Positions 63,205-64,000 of a DNA stretch of 64,000 nt are shown piece by piece; position 1 is the stretch's first letter; each line of letters starts with the position of its first letter. A program made the position numbers and the translations under genes. The notes under the pieces are model-generated. The model searched no databases. It saw only the letters and a program-made list of their open reading frames with translations, and was not told the DNA's origin. Source of the stretch: Malacoraja senta (lineage: Eukaryota); contig CM075988.1 of NCBI GenBank assembly GCA_038087875.1, forward strand, positions 23,686,001 to 23,750,000. Reading direction: 5' to 3'.

Positions 63205-64000
63205 TTTAGACTTTAAACTTTAGAGATACATGGCAGAAACTGGCCTTTCGGACCACCGAGTCGACATTGAAACCTGTCTGTGGAATTCTCTGCCTCAGAG
63301 GGCGGTGGAGGCAGGTTCACTGGATGCTTTCAAGAGAGAGCTAGATAGGGCTCTTAAAAATAGCGGAGTCAGGTGATGTGGGGAGAAGGCAGGAACGGGG
63401 TACTGATTGGGGATGATCAGCCATGATCACATTGAATGGCGGTGCTGGCTCGAAGGGCCGAATGGCCTACTCCTGCACCTATTGTCTATTGTCTATTGTC
63501 TTTAAAAGTGTTCACCCCATACACTACTTGCACTATCCTACACACTGGGGACAATTTATAATTTTACCAAAACCAATTAAGCTACAAATCTACATGTTTT
63601 GAAGTGTGGGAGGGAACCGGAGCACCCGGTCATGGGGAGAATGTACAAACTCCGTACAGACNNNNNNNNNNNNNNNNNNNNNNNNNNNNNNNNNNNNNNN
63701 NNNNNNNNNNNNNNNNNNNNNNNNNNNNNNNNNNNNNNNNNNNNNNNNNNNNNNNNNNNNNNNNNNNNNNNNNNNNNNNNNNNNNNNNNNNNNNNNNNNN
63801 NNNNNNNNNNNNNNNNNNNNNNNNNNNNNNNNNNNNNNNNNNNNNNNNNNNNNNNNNNNNNGTGGGAGGAATCCGAAGATCTCGGAGAAAACCCACGCAG
63901 GTCACGGGGGAGAACGTACAAACTCCGTACAGACAGCACCCGTAGTCGGGATCGAACCCGGGTCTCCGGAGCTGCATTCGCTGTAAGGCAGCAACTCTAC
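63205..64000 (-). mobile_element. HE1-like V-SINE sequence with nested CR1 3' end (63273-63500, plus) and an assembly gap
   Basis: V-SINE body and B box gggttcgatcc on minus near 63950. Confidence 0.75.
63662..63861. other. Assembly gap (200 N)
   Basis: Run of exactly 200 N. Confidence 1.

Noticed and set aside
63577..63986. ORFs and an apparent duplication around the N run
   Set aside because: Artefact of a 200-N gap that probably joins two different SINE copies.

Overview
Vertebrate genomic DNA. The repeat content (HE1-like V-SINEs, CR1 LINEs, Penelope-derived repeats) suggests a cartilaginous fish, probably a skate or ray; this is an inference. The window holds the conserved TREH-DDX6-CXCR5 block: trehalase exon 1 (minus, 516-598), a complete DDX6 gene (minus, 12 coding exons, 486 aa, plus a 3'UTR intron and a ~5 kb 3'UTR), and a two-exon CXCR5 gene (plus, 51043-51081 + 55719-56777, 365 aa). 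Introns and intergenic DNA are rich in transposons. The most notable signal is a ~140 bp retroposed element present four times, with target-site duplications and a (GAA)n tail. Its first 54 nt fold into a minimal HDV/CPEB3-like self-cleaving ribozyme whose predicted cleavage site is the element's 5' end. The window also has many Penelope-derived repeats carrying minimal hammerhead motifs, a teleost-AFC-like SINE, nested transposon stacks and an inverted pair of Harbinger-type MITEs. All homology calls are from recognition of the sequence; no searches were run.
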